From Eubacteriales bacterium (GTDB lineage: Bacteria > Bacillota > Clostridia > Oscillospirales > CAG-272): 64,000 nt of DNA. The notes beneath the pieces are model-generated. The model saw only the letters and a list, made by a program, of their open reading frames with translations. It ran no database searches and was not told the DNA's origin. A program made the position numbers and the translations under genes. Positions 9,250-19,400 of this stretch are shown here, one piece after another. The stretch is from assembly GCA_045643785.1 (NCBI GenBank), contig JAZRFR010000257.1:6821-70820 (forward strand). Direction: 5' to 3'. The stretch's first letter is position 1. Each line of letters starts with the position of its first letter.

Positions 9250-9278
9250 TTGACAAATTTGTTAGAACGTGTTATAAT
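9250..9278 (+). promoter_or_regulatory. Perfect-consensus sigma-A promoter of the AT-rich islet genes
   Basis: TTGACA (9250-9255), 17 nt (aatttgttagaacgtgt), TATAAT (9273-9278). It is followed by the AU-rich inverted repeat AATGTTTTT-GAAG-AAAAACATT (9276-9297). Confidence 0.6.
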
Positions 9279-9371
9279 GTTTTTGAAGAAAAACATTAAA
9301 TAATACGGTATTATATAGTGAAAGAACGCATACAGCGGTCTTTACGTAAATTATTGAAGGAGGAGTGCTTT

Positions 9372-9986
9372 ATGAGAAACAATGTTCGCGCATTACATGG
9401 AAGAAGGGGGCATTTAATTTTGCTTTTGATCATCTCTCTCCTGTGTACATCCTGCCAACAGGGCACAAAGCCTTTTTATGCCCGGTCAAGACCTGCCGGA
9501 GGTTCGGGGGAGAAAGATAACGTGGTTGATATCACCATTGCCCATCAGTCCATGCAGGTAACCGATCCCAACGTGGTCACGTTTACCATTGGAATGGGCG
9601 GTAATATGAAAATTGAGGCGCATAAAAACGAAACCATGGTTCTTCAAATTGACGCCGAGGGATGTCTCATAAATGGCGTAGAGGATCTGTTTGAGAAAGA
9701 ATACTCCGACTACTTTGAAAACGAGCTTTTTCGTGCAACGGTCAAAGAGCACTATTGGAGTTATCCTACCAAAACCCCAAATTATTTCGAGGATTTTGAA
9801 ATAACTTTCCCTTCGGGAGAATGCAAGGGACGAATTAACATAACTTTATATATCAAGGAAGATTTGTACGAGGGATATACTGCAGAAATATCGTTTTACT
9901 ATGCTTCAAACGGTACGGTGATTTGGTTTAATGAACATGCTTTGCTTGAAGTGGATCAGTATAATCGACCGGTACGTGCAGATTAA
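9372..9986 (+). CDS. Hypothetical lipoprotein
   Basis: GAAGGAGG SD 8 nt before ATG 9372. Signal plus lipobox HLILLLIISLLCTSCQQ. I recognise no family. GC is lower than the flanks (~40% in a hand-counted 60-nt line). Confidence 0.55.
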   Translation: MRNNVRALHGRRGHLILLLIISLLCTSCQQGTKPFYARSRPAGGSGEKDNVVDITIAHQSMQVTDPNVVTFTIGMGGNMKIEAHKNETMVLQIDAEGCLINGVEDLFEKEYSDYFENELFRATVKEHYWSYPTKTPNYFEDFEITFPSGECKGRINITLYIKEDLYEGYTAEISFYYASNGTVIWFNEHALLEVDQYNRPVRAD

Positions 9987-10009
9987 AAAAGATACCAGGA
10001 GGTTATAAA

Positions 10010-10299
10010 ATGAAAAAAGAATTGCAATTCTATTAATCGTGTCATTGTTGTTCGGAATATATGTTCCGATAAATGCAACTGCATACGAAGAAAATGTAGT
10101 TGATGGTAATCAATCTGAATCTTTTATTAGTTCTTCTAATTATGATTTGACCGAAAGTAATACTCATATTTCAGACACAACTATTGTTGAAAAAGAAGTG
10201 ACAATAGAAGCAAATAAAGAATATCTGGTTATTATCTGTTTTTTTAACCCGCATACAGCTTCAGGCGAATTTTCAATTAACACTCGTTACGCATCATAA
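10010..10299 (+). pseudogene. Small secreted protein gene whose SD and ATG are out of frame with the body (apparent frameshift in an A6 tract)
   Basis: AGGAGG (9997-10002) plus ATG 10010 opens only a 9-codon frame (8 sense codons, MKKELQFY, then the stop). One extra A in AAAAAA (10013-10018) would give MKKRIAILLIVSLLFGIYVPINATA|YEE..., continuous with the track ORF 10039-10299. Confidence 0.4.
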
Positions 10300-10306
10300 A
10301 ATAACC

Positions 10307-10343
10307 GCAGAAAGCCCCCGCGGCTTTCTGCCCCTTTTGTTTT
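10307..10343 (+). terminator. Rho-independent terminator ending the AT-rich islet
   Basis: GCAGAAAGCC-cccgc-GGCTTTCTGC, a perfect 10-bp stem, followed by CCCTTTTGTTTT. Confidence 0.65.
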
Positions 10344-10390
10344 ACAGTCTTTCCAATCGTTAATTTTCGGTGAAGAATCCCAAAATATGG

Positions 10391-10419
10391 TTTACAATTC
10401 GCTCTGTTTGTGTTATAAT
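10391..10419 (+). promoter_or_regulatory. Sigma-A type promoter with extended -10, upstream of the DUF951 gene
   Basis: TTTACA (10391-10396), 17 nt, TATAAT (10414-10419), preceded by TGt. Confidence 0.55.
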
Positions 10420-10451
10420 ATGTTGGAATATTATTATTAAGGAAGTGCGCT

Positions 10452-10667
10452 ATGCAGATCATCCGAATGAAGGTAGGAGATACGCTGGAGCTCAAGAAGC
10501 CGCACCCCTGCGGGGACAAGCGTTTCCGCGTCATGCGGGTTGGCAGTGAGATCCGCATCGTATGCCTTGGCTGCGGTCGCGACATGGTGCTGGATCGGGT
10601 TAAGCTGGAGCGGGCCATCCGCAAGCTGATCCCCGCCGAAGAGCCTCCTGCCGATCCTCAAAGCTGA
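10452..10667 (+). CDS. DUF951 family small protein
   Basis: A 71-aa protein with KKPHPCG...RVGSEIRIVCLGCGRDMVLDRVKLERAIRK, the pattern I recall for DUF951. Confidence 0.75.
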   Translation: MQIIRMKVGDTLELKKPHPCGDKRFRVMRVGSEIRIVCLGCGRDMVLDRVKLERAIRKLIPAEEPPADPQS

Positions 10668-10728
10668 TCCCCGCCTGCTATTTGACCACACCGCTATTAC
10701 TTTCCACCAAAAGAAAGGTTTTTTACAC

Positions 10729-13700
10729 ATGGATTCCACGAACATGACCCCTGTTGCCTCTCCCGTGCAGGAGGCACCTGCCCTCGACAAAAACGGTCTC
10801 TTGAAAAAGCAACCGAAATGGAAATCGGTATGGCAGAAGTATTTCGGTGAATACGGCTATCTTCTGATTGCCGCTCTGATTCCCGCCGTTCTGTTCTATC
10901 TCATTTATCTTGCCAGGGGACTTTACCCCTTCGGAGACGGAACGGTACTGGTGCTGGACCTCAACGGCCAGTACGTCTCCTTCTACGAAGGACTCCACGA
11001 CATCCTTCGCGGTGAGGCGGATCTGCTCTACTCCTTCTCCCGCAACCTGGGTGGTGAATTCCTGGGCATTTACGACTACTACGTAGCCAGCCCCTTTGCC
11101 ATGCTCCTGGCGCTTTTCCCCGAGCGCTTTATGCTGGAGGCTCTGCTCATTCTGTTCATGCTGAAGGCGGCACTTTGCGGCTTCAACATGGGTATCTATC
11201 TCCACAAGCATGCGGCGGGCGAGCCCAACCGTTTGTCGGTCATTGCCTTCTCTGTGATGTACGCCATGACTGCGTACTGCGTGGTCCAGCAGCATAACTC
11301 CATGTGGATTGACGCCGTACTGTGGCTGCCTCTCCTGACGCTCGGTATCGAGTCGGTGATCAAGTACGGCAAATTCCGCCTGTACGTGTTTGCGCTGGCC
11401 ATTACGGTTCACAGTAACTTCTATATCGGTTACATGGTGGTCATCTACACCCTGGCCTACTGCGTGTACTACTACCTGGCTCACGACCGCAACAATGAAA
11501 ACAATCCTCTGGGCGAGAAAAACCACTTCGTCAAATCCGTGATCCGCATGGCCGCGTGGTCCATCCTGGGTTTGGGGATCGCTGCTTTGGCCATTCTGTC
11601 GGCGCGCTATGCCCTTTCCTTCGGTAAGGACGAGTTCTCCAATCCCAGCTGGGAGATCACCCAAAAGTTTGATCTGTTCGAGTTCATCTACAAATTCCTT
11701 CCCTCCTCCTACGACACCGTCCGTCCCGAGGGCCTTCCCTTCGTCTACTGCGGTGTTCTGACACTGATCCTGGCCCCCGCCTTCTTCCTTTGCAAGAAGT
11801 TCTCCAACCGCGAAAAGGTTGCGGCCGCCTTCTTCATCCTCTTCTTTGTGGCATCCTTTGCAACCAGCTCTCTCGATCTGATCTGGCACGGCTTCCAGAA
11901 GCCCAACTGGCTCAACTACCGCTACAGCTTCATGCTGTGCTTCTTCTTGATCGTTTTGGCGTACCGCGCATTCGATCAGATTCTCTACGCTTCCCGCAAG
12001 GCCATGCTGGGCGTTGTGGCATTCATCGGCCTGTTCGTGGTTGTTTTGCAGAAATTCGCGGATATGCTGGTTGAGGAAAACGAAAAGTTGGTGGTTCGTC
12101 CTTTTGCGACCATCTGGCTGACGATCGGTTGCCTGTTCGTCTATTTCATCCTCGTTTGCCTCATGGGCAAAGCGAAAGCCAGACAAAAGGAACTCATCTC
12201 CATCATTCTGGTATTCGTCGTATGTGCGGAAGTGTTCCTGTCCGGTCTTTCGGATATGAACGCGCTGGACAAGGACGTGACCTTCTCCAAGTATTCCCGC
12301 TACAACAAAATGATCGATACCCTTCGTCCCATTACCAATACCATTCAGGAATATGACGACGGTTTCTATCGCATGGAAAAGACCTATTTCCGTAAGACCA
12401 ACGACAACTACGCGTTGAAGATCCGCGGTCTTTCCTGCTCCACTTCGACGCTGAACCGAGATACCATTGACTTTTTAAGAAGTATGGGCTATGCTTCCCG
12501 CTCCCACTGGTCCAGATATCTCGGCGGAACGCCCGTCAACGATGCCCTGCTGGGCATCAAGTACCTCATCACCAACGAGGACGAAAGCCACTACTACGGC
12601 GAGCCTCTGTTTACCAAAGAAGATTACGGGTACGATGAGGACTTTTCCCCCAACGGAAATTATGACGTGTACTACAACGCTTACGCCTTGTCCTTTGCAT
12701 ACGGCGTAGCCGATAACTGGCTTACCTTTGATTACGAGGATTACGACACGCCCTACGAAAGACTCAACGCCATGATCACCGTCATGCTGGGCGAGGAAGA
12801 AACCGTAGAGGTGTTCAAGCCTGCTGTTCAGAACGGCGATCCCGAAGTCAAAAACGTAAAAGTTAACACGGCTGACGGCCACCATTCCTACAAGGTAGAT
12901 GATAAATCCGGCGAAGGAACCCTTGTCTACAACTATACGGTTCCCGAAAATACCGAGCTGTATTTCTTCTATCCCACAAACTATTTGCGAGAGGTTAGCC
13001 TGAAGACCAAGGACAAGGAAACCGGATCCTTCACCGGCAGCGAGAAGTTTGGCGGTAGCGACACCAATCGCATCGTTACCCTGGGTGAATCCAAGACAGG
13101 AACGCTGTATCTGCAGGTCACCATCGATAATTCCTCCAACAATCTCTACGTTCTCCCCAAGGACTCCTACGTTTACTATATTGACATGGATGTTTTCAAG
13201 GATGCCATGGAGCGACTTGGAAAGACGCAGTATATCATTGATTCCACATCTACCGATAGCCATCTGACGGGAACGGTTACCACGACCGCCGAGAAACAGC
13301 TCATGTTTACCTCGATTCCCTACGACGAGGGTTGGAACATTTTCGTGGACGGTAAGAAGGTCGATCTGTACGAGGCAAACAATTCTCTGATCTCCTTCTA
13401 CGTGGAGGGGACGGGCGAGCATACCATCGAGATGAAGTATATGCCCGCCACCATTGCGCTCGGTATCACGATCTCCATTACTTGTCTCATCATCTTTATT
13501 GTTCTGCTTCTGATCTATCCCTTCATCAAAAAGATTCCCTATCTCCGCAAGCTGGTCATGATCGAAGGCGAGGAGCTTCCCGCCATTGCTACGGAGGAAT
13601 ATATGGCTGAAATCGAGCCGGGAGATATCGGCGCCCAGGATGATACGGCGGAAACAGAATCGGGTACGAAGGATGACACCAAGAAGGATAAAAAGAGCAA

Positions 13701-13785
13701 GCCCTCCGATGAACACAAGCAAGAAAAGAAAGCATCCGATCAGCTCTATCGCGTTCACGCCCCCCATCATAACAAGAAAAAATAA
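10729..13785 (+). CDS. yfhO: YfhO family polytopic membrane protein (putative glycosyltransferase), with a charged C-terminal tail
   Basis: Many N-terminal TM helices, a large extracytoplasmic domain and a late TM (IALGITISITCLIIFIVLLLIYPF). The size and layout are typical of YfhO. The last ~90 aa are rich in K, D and E. Confidence 0.75.
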   Translation: MDSTNMTPVASPVQEAPALDKNGLLKKQPKWKSVWQKYFGEYGYLLIAALIPAVLFYLIYLARGLYPFGDGTVLVLDLNGQYVSFYEGLHDILRGEADLLYSFSRNLGGEFLGIYDYYVASPFAMLLALFPERFMLEALLILFMLKAALCGFNMGIYLHKHAAGEPNRLSVIAFSVMYAMTAYCVVQQHNSMWIDAVLWLPLLTLGIESVIKYGKFRLYVFALAITVHSNFYIGYMVVIYTLAYCVYYYLAHDRNNENNPLGEKNHFVKSVIRMAAWSILGLGIAALAILSARYALSFGKDEFSNPSWEITQKFDLFEFIYKFLPSSYDTVRPEGLPFVYCGVLTLILAPAFFLCKKFSNREKVAAAFFILFFVASFATSSLDLIWHGFQKPNWLNYRYSFMLCFFLIVLAYRAFDQILYASRKAMLGVVAFIGLFVVVLQKFADMLVEENEKLVVRPFATIWLTIGCLFVYFILVCLMGKAKARQKELISIILVFVVCAEVFLSGLSDMNALDKDVTFSKYSRYNKMIDTLRPITNTIQEYDDGFYRMEKTYFRKTNDNYALKIRGLSCSTSTLNRDTIDFLRSMGYASRSHWSRYLGGTPVNDALLGIKYLITNEDESHYYGEPLFTKEDYGYDEDFSPNGNYDVYYNAYALSFAYGVADNWLTFDYEDYDTPYERLNAMITVMLGEEETVEVFKPAVQNGDPEVKNVKVNTADGHHSYKVDDKSGEGTLVYNYTVPENTELYFFYPTNYLREVSLKTKDKETGSFTGSEKFGGSDTNRIVTLGESKTGTLYLQVTIDNSSNNLYVLPKDSYVYYIDMDVFKDAMERLGKTQYIIDSTSTDSHLTGTVTTTAEKQLMFTSIPYDEGWNIFVDGKKVDLYEANNSLISFYVEGTGEHTIEMKYMPATIALGITISITCLIIFIVLLLIYPFIKKIPYLRKLVMIEGEELPAIATEEYMAEIEPGDIGAQDDTAETESGTKDDTKKDKKSKPSDEHKQEKKASDQLYRVHAPHHNKKK

Positions 13786-13802
13786 CCCCTTCTTTTAACC
13801 AG

Positions 13803-13836
13803 AGGGTCGCCTCTGCTCATCAGAGGCGACCCTTTC
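13803..13836 (+). terminator. Hairpin terminator after yfhO
   Basis: AGGGTCGCCTCTG-ctcat-CAGAGGCGACCCT, a perfect 13-bp stem, but only a short T tract (TTT) follows. Confidence 0.5.
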
Positions 13837-13852
13837 CCTACAAGGAGTATCT

Positions 13853-14485
13853 ATGTATTATTACATCAAAGGCGAACTGGTCGTAGCTACCCTCAACATG
13901 GCCGTTGTGGATGCGGGCGGTGTCGGCTACAAAATGACCATCAGCGAGAATACCTACCGTTCCCTCCCCAGACGTGGGGACAAGAATCCCCAGGTGACTC
14001 TCTACACCTACCTGTCGGTTCGCGAAGACGGGATCGAGCTCTTCGGATTCGAGAGCGAACGAGAGCTTTCCTCCTTCAAGATGCTGACTTCCGTATCGGG
14101 TGTAGGCCCCAAGGCGGCTATGTCCATTCTTTCCCTGCTGACCCCCGAAAAGTTTGCTTTGGCCGTTTGTACTGAGGACAGAAAGACCATTTCCAAGGCC
14201 AATGGCGTAGGTCCCAAGACCGCCGCCCGCATCATTCTGGAGCTTCGAGACAAGCTCATGAAGGAGACTTCCATCGACAACGATCTTTCTACCGCTATGT
14301 TGGATCACAGCGCAGAGGCCGCAGGCGCGCCTGCCCGAGGCAAGCTCTCTGAGGCTATGGATGCGCTCATGGTGCTGGGGTACACCCGTGCCGAGGCACA
14401 GAACGCGCTGAAGACCATTGATACCCAGGCGTTGTCCATTGAGGATATCATCAAAGAATCTCTGAAAAAGCTCATGAAAAATTAA
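13853..14485 (+). CDS. ruvA: Holliday junction branch migration complex subunit RuvA
   Basis: MYYYIKGELV...VDAGGVGYKM start, an HhH region (LTSVSGVGPKAAMSIL...ISKANGVGPKTAARIILEL), and an AAGGAG SD. Confidence 0.9.
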   Translation: MYYYIKGELVVATLNMAVVDAGGVGYKMTISENTYRSLPRRGDKNPQVTLYTYLSVREDGIELFGFESERELSSFKMLTSVSGVGPKAAMSILSLLTPEKFALAVCTEDRKTISKANGVGPKTAARIILELRDKLMKETSIDNDLSTAMLDHSAEAAGAPARGKLSEAMDALMVLGYTRAEAQNALKTIDTQALSIEDIIKESLKKLMKN

Positions 14486-14498
14486 GGTACGATGAATT

Positions 14499-15614
14499 AT
14501 GAAGGATTTTGAATTTGACTTCGACTATACCGACACGGAGCGTGGGGACACAGATTTTGAAAACCGCATGGTCTCCACCACTTACACACCCGGAGATGAC
14601 GATACCGAAAGTTCGCTCCGTCCCCGTCGGATGGACGAGTATATTGGTCAAGACAAGGCCAAAGAAAACCTGAAGGTTTACATTGAAGCCGCCAAAATGC
14701 GGAATGATTCCCTGGATCACGTATTGCTCTACGGCCCTCCCGGTCTGGGTAAAACCACTCTTTCGGGTATTATCGCCGCCGAAATGGGTGTTAATCTGCG
14801 TGTAACCTCCGGTCCTGCCATTGAAAAGCAGGGAGATCTTGCGGCGCTTCTGACCAACCTCAACGCCGGAGACGTACTGTTCATCGACGAGATCCACCGT
14901 CTGCCCCGCATGGTGGAGGAGATCCTCTATCCTGCCATGGAGGATTACGCGCTGGATATCATCATCGGTAAGGGTCCTGCCGCCCGTTCAATCCGCATCG
15001 ATCTTCCCAAGTTTACCCTCATCGGCGCCACGACGCGCGCAGGTCAATTAACGACTCCTTTGCGCGACCGCTTCGGTGTGATCCTGAAATTGGAGCTTTA
15101 CACTCCCGAACAGCTTGCTGAGATTGTGAAGCGCAGTGCCGGAATTTTGGGAATCGCCATGACCGAGGATGGCGCGCTGGAGATCGCTTCCCGTTCCAGA
15201 GGTACCCCCCGTATTGCTAACCGCTTGCTCAAGCGAGTCCGTGATTTCGCTATGGTACAAGGCAAGGAGGAGATCGACGAAGAAGTGGCTATGTTTGCCC
15301 TGGATCGCCTGGAGATCGACGAGCTGGGTCTCGACAACACCGACCGCCGCATGATGGAGGCCATCATCAAGTTCTACGACGGCGGCCCCGTTGGTCTGGA
15401 TACTCTGGCGGCCACCATCGGCGAGGAAGCCATCACCATTGAGGACGTATACGAGCCCTATCTCATGCAGTTGGGCTTCATTCAGCGCACCCCCAGAGGC
15501 CGCTGTGTAACCAAGCTGGCCTACGAGCATTTGGGCATGAGACCCCCTGTATCCAAGCAGATCAAGGAGGCAAACGATCAGCTCAAATTCTTTGAAAGCC
15601 TGGATGATGATTGA
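14499..15614 (+). CDS. ruvB: Holliday junction DNA helicase RuvB (with ~35-aa acidic N-terminal extension)
   Basis: [19 protein letters not shown], Walker [10 protein letters not shown], Walker [10 protein letters not shown], and [18 protein letters not shown]. Confidence 0.9.
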   Translation: MKDFEFDFDYTDTERGDTDFENRMVSTTYTPGDDDTESSLRPRRMDEYIGQDKAKENLKVYIEAAKMRNDSLDHVLLYGPPGLGKTTLSGIIAAEMGVNLRVTSGPAIEKQGDLAALLTNLNAGDVLFIDEIHRLPRMVEEILYPAMEDYALDIIIGKGPAARSIRIDLPKFTLIGATTRAGQLTTPLRDRFGVILKLELYTPEQLAEIVKRSAGILGIAMTEDGALEIASRSRGTPRIANRLLKRVRDFAMVQGKEEIDEEVAMFALDRLEIDELGLDNTDRRMMEAIIKFYDGGPVGLDTLAATIGEEAITIEDVYEPYLMQLGFIQRTPRGRCVTKLAYEHLGMRPPVSKQIKEANDQLKFFESLDDD

Positions 15615-15631
15615 AGTAGCGTTTTATGTTG

Positions 15632-15666
15632 AAAACCCCGCCGAATCTCGGCGGGGTTTGTCGTTT
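15632..15666. terminator. Bidirectional rho-independent terminator
   Basis: AAAACCCCGCCGA-atc-TCGGCGGGGTTTGTCGTTTTT between convergent ruvB and the EEP gene. Confidence 0.7.
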
Positions 15667-16368
15667 TTACAGGAGTTCAAAGCGGCACCATAGCAAATTA
15701 TGATCCGAGCGGTTGCTCTCGATCATGCCCATATCTATGGGCTTCATCGTTGATGTCCGATACACGATGTTATCAATGGCAGTTCGGGTCGTGCGGAAGG
15801 TCTTGTATTCCTTTTGCTTACAGTTAACCAGGTCAAATCCAATAGTTTTCAGCGGCATAAAGGCGGTAAAATCTTCCGTGTTAAAATCGCCCGTTAAAAC
15901 AGTCGGTACATCCTTCGAGATGTGGGAATCTATCCATTGAGCAAGCTGGTTAAACTGAATATCCTGTTGCTTATGAGATTCATAGGACAGATGGGTATTC
16001 AGGAAGCAGAATGGCATACCGTCATCTGTCGTTACGGTCACACATCCAAAGGCGCGGGGCTCATACCTGCCGGAATTCAAGGGATGCGCCTCATAAGCCG
16101 TTATGGGAAAGCGCGAGAGAATAGCGGTGCCGTACTGTCCTCCGTCGAAATCCATGGCGGGGACGAATAGGGCGTGGGGGAGTCCGGTAGCCTCCGTCAA
16201 ACCCGATATGGTATCTAGACCGCAGATGCGGTTCGTAAACATATCGATCTCTTGGAATCCCACGATATCGGCGCCGGCTTCTGCAACATTTTCAGCGATC
16301 TTGCTCCAGTCACAATCTACGTCATGACCGTGACGGATATTATAGGTTGCTATGGTGATTTTTTTCAT
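15667..16368 (-). CDS. Endonuclease/exonuclease/phosphatase (EEP) family protein
   Basis: MKKITIATYNIRHG start, GADIVGFQE, the TGDFN motif, and a C-terminal SDHNLL. Confidence 0.8.
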   Translation of the reverse strand: MKKITIATYNIRHGHDVDCDWSKIAENVAEAGADIVGFQEIDMFTNRICGLDTISGLTEATGLPHALFVPAMDFDGGQYGTAILSRFPITAYEAHPLNSGRYEPRAFGCVTVTTDDGMPFCFLNTHLSYESHKQQDIQFNQLAQWIDSHISKDVPTVLTGDFNTEDFTAFMPLKTIGFDLVNCKQKEYKTFRTTRTAIDNIVYRTSTMKPIDMGMIESNRSDHNLLWCRFELL

Positions 16369-16382
16369 ACTTCTTCTCTTTC

Positions 16383-16403
16383 GGGCGGGGATATTCCCCG
16401 CCC
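16383..16403 (-). other. GC-rich hairpin in the spacer between the 1107-aa lipoprotein gene and the EEP gene
   Basis: GGGCGGGGA-tat-TCCCCGCCC. There is no U tract on the coding (minus) strand, so its function as a terminator is uncertain. Confidence 0.35.
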
Positions 16404-16415
16404 TTTACTGTTAAA

Positions 16416-19400
16416 TCAGGCTAGCAGGTCACGATCCAGGATATCGAAGGTTACACCGCCTACGTGAGCTTTGCTGATTTTATAAGCCTTAGCGCCGTCG
16501 TAGTAGGTAAAGCCTGCTTTCTCTGTTTGAAGTGTTCCGTACAGGTTCTCGACCGTAATACCGTCCATGGATCCGTCACCTGCCTCGGTGTGGAAAGTGA
16601 CAACAATCTCCAGGCCGCTTTCGTACAGCTGGTTGGAAAGGACGTAACGGTAAGGAGTAAGGGTATCCGTCAACTCATAGGTAATGGTGGAATCATCCAC
16701 GACACATCCTTTATGAAGGACCTCAATGGTAACCCAGGCTCTCGCATCGCCGGTCTTGGCGGCGGCAAAGGTGATCTCCACCTGATCGGCGTTTTTGATA
16801 GCATCCTGAGCGCCGGTCGAGAAGCGGTTCTTGGTTCCCTCAACGGGAGTGTTCAGCGCCTCAATGGCTGCAGCATTCTGCTTGGTATGGAACGGCACCA
16901 GATAAACGGTTCCCTCCCACTTGCCTGCCGCGTCAATGGACTTGAGCAGACCCGTGCTTTCGCTGTCTGCGCCTGCGCCGATCTGGACAACGGTATACTG
17001 TTTGTTGCCTGCGTTTACACCGATAGCGTTTGTTGTGCCGCCCGTGTAGCCGGGACGGGGCTCGTTGTCTGCCATCAGCTGTTCAATAGCCAGCTTTTCG
17101 GCATTTGCCTGCGCATCGTTAAAAGTAATATGATGCACCATACGCAGACCATTTTTCCACAACAGTCTGAGCTGATCGTACGCGCCCTTCTTGGTCTCAT
17201 AGAGGGAGCCATATTCACCCAGCGTGATGTTACTATGTCCCATGTTGTGGGCATTAACCAGGAAATTGCTCTTACGGTTAAGATTTCCGTAACGGGTACC
17301 GCCGTAGGCAGTACCACAAGTCAGAACTACGTCTACAGGGGTCAGACGCGTATTGGCTTCGCCAAGGAAGCCTGCAACGGCCTCGCCCTCGGGGATCTGG
17401 TGGGCAGAAATGGACTCGGGAGGATAACCGGCCAGCAGAGCCTCGCGATAGGCCTCCATGATGCGCTTGGAGACGATGTAGCGGTTGTACATGGACCACT
17501 CGGTGAAGTAGTCGCCCTTATATGCATCCCATGCGCCGCGGCCCTTATCACGGGGAGCGTCAATGGAAGCACGGTCGGTGAAGGAGGTGCCGAAGATCTC
17601 GTTGATCTTTTCAATACTCTCATAACGATCCAGGAGATATCCGCGGAAGCCCTCGATCATGTAAGGATTGTAGTCACCTACTGATCCGGCCACATCGATC
17701 TCATGCTCGTGAACGGGAGATACGCCCACGAGGTGCTCGGGATTGGCTCCCTCACCACGGAAGGCGGAAGCTGTTCCCTGCAGGAAGGAGCGCAGGGGAT
17801 AGAGGCGGAGCTTGGCCAAATCCAGAATTCCGTCGGCGTAGGTACCCACGTAGAAGGTAGAGCCCAACTCGTTATAGTCCATATACTCTCCTGCTTTGCC
17901 GATGGAAACGTACTTCTGCGTGCCGTCGATGGGATCCACGTAGGAGGCCAGCTTGCCCGTATGGGGGATCTTATTCCAGCGGTGGGTAAAGCAGGGCTCA
18001 AGGAAAAGGTACTCGGTTTCCAAACGAGTCACATACTGGTTGATATCCGAGAAGGTATAGTCGGCATACTTTGTGGACGCAAACCAAGCGTCGATGGCGG
18101 CATTGTCCTTACAGGAGGTCAGGCCGTTCAGTGCAGCGTTGGAAAGATCGGTACGTATGTGGCAGAAATCTCCTTTAGATACATATTTATCATCGTTATA
18201 GCCATCCGTATAATAAGCCGCAAAGAAACGGTTCTCACGGAAGCCGACGTCCAGTTCGGTAGCGTTAGCATTCTCATCGTAGATAGTCAGGTAGGACAGC
18301 ACTTCTTGTCCCTCACGGGCAGGGAGAAAGACGGTATACTTTTGCCCTACGATGTTGGATGCGGAAACGCCTGTGGCGTCGGCAGGAAGCGTAACCCCTG
18401 CGTTGGCAAACTCGGCCTTCTGTGCATTTCCTTCATACAGACCCTGTACCGAATGGAAATACAGAATAACAGAATCAGTAGCTCCGCTGTTGCGGACGGA
18501 AATAGCTACGGGAACGCCCGCCTTCTCGCCCGTCAGGGCGAAGGAACAATCCAGGGTATGCTCCGAGATCACGGAGCCGTCGGACAGCGAGATGAGCGCA
18601 TAGCGAAGCTCACCCTTTTCGTTGGTGGTCTGGGAGGCAACCAACAGCACCTCGTCGCTGACACCATCAGCAAAGTGTCCCGTTGCAATGGTGTGAGGTC
18701 CGGAGATCACGTCGCGGACGTTTACGGTCATGCGGATCATACCGAAGGCATCGAACACGCGGATATCACCGTTCTTGCCGTCGTGTTCGGCAAAGGGAGC
18801 GGTGGCGATCAGCACTTCATCGCCTACTTTGGCGGCGGCCACTTGAACACCACCCTTCACGGAAGCATCAAAGGCCAAGAACTGAGTGATACAGGTCTGC
18901 TGGTTATTGAATACGCGGACGGTGGTAAAGTTGTCGGCGTGCTTCCCTTCGCCGGCTACCAGCGCGGGGCCGACGGCAAGGCCGTTGGACTGACCCATTT
19001 GCGCGTGGTAAATGGAAGTCTGGATACCCAGATTCAGGTCGGGAGCGGTGTAGAAAATGGTGTTGTTGACGTCGTTGGAGATCCGAGAAGGAAGATCAAT
19101 GAACGCATTGACGATCTCTGTTTCGGATGCGTTAGTCATGTACAGGTACATGGCCTCATAGGTATACAGATCATCGTAGGTGTGCAGGGGCTCCTCACCT
19201 TCAAAGAACAGCACCAGCTTGTGGTCGTAGACCGCGACACCCATGCCAAGCTGCTTGGCGGCTTCCTCGGGCGTAGTGGCGGTCAGATCGCTCTTTCCTG
19301 CCAAAGCACCCAGTTTCGCGGCATCCAGCGTTACGGTACCATCCTTGGCGGTTGTGACGATCCCCTCGCCGCCTGCCTTGAGTTCGCCGTTGGCGTAATA

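Noticed and set aside
10723-13770. Minus-strand ORFs of 487 aa (10723-12186) and 431 aa (12475-13770).
   Set aside because: They are antisense to yfhO, whose TM-rich product is clearly real. These are shadow ORFs with biased composition.
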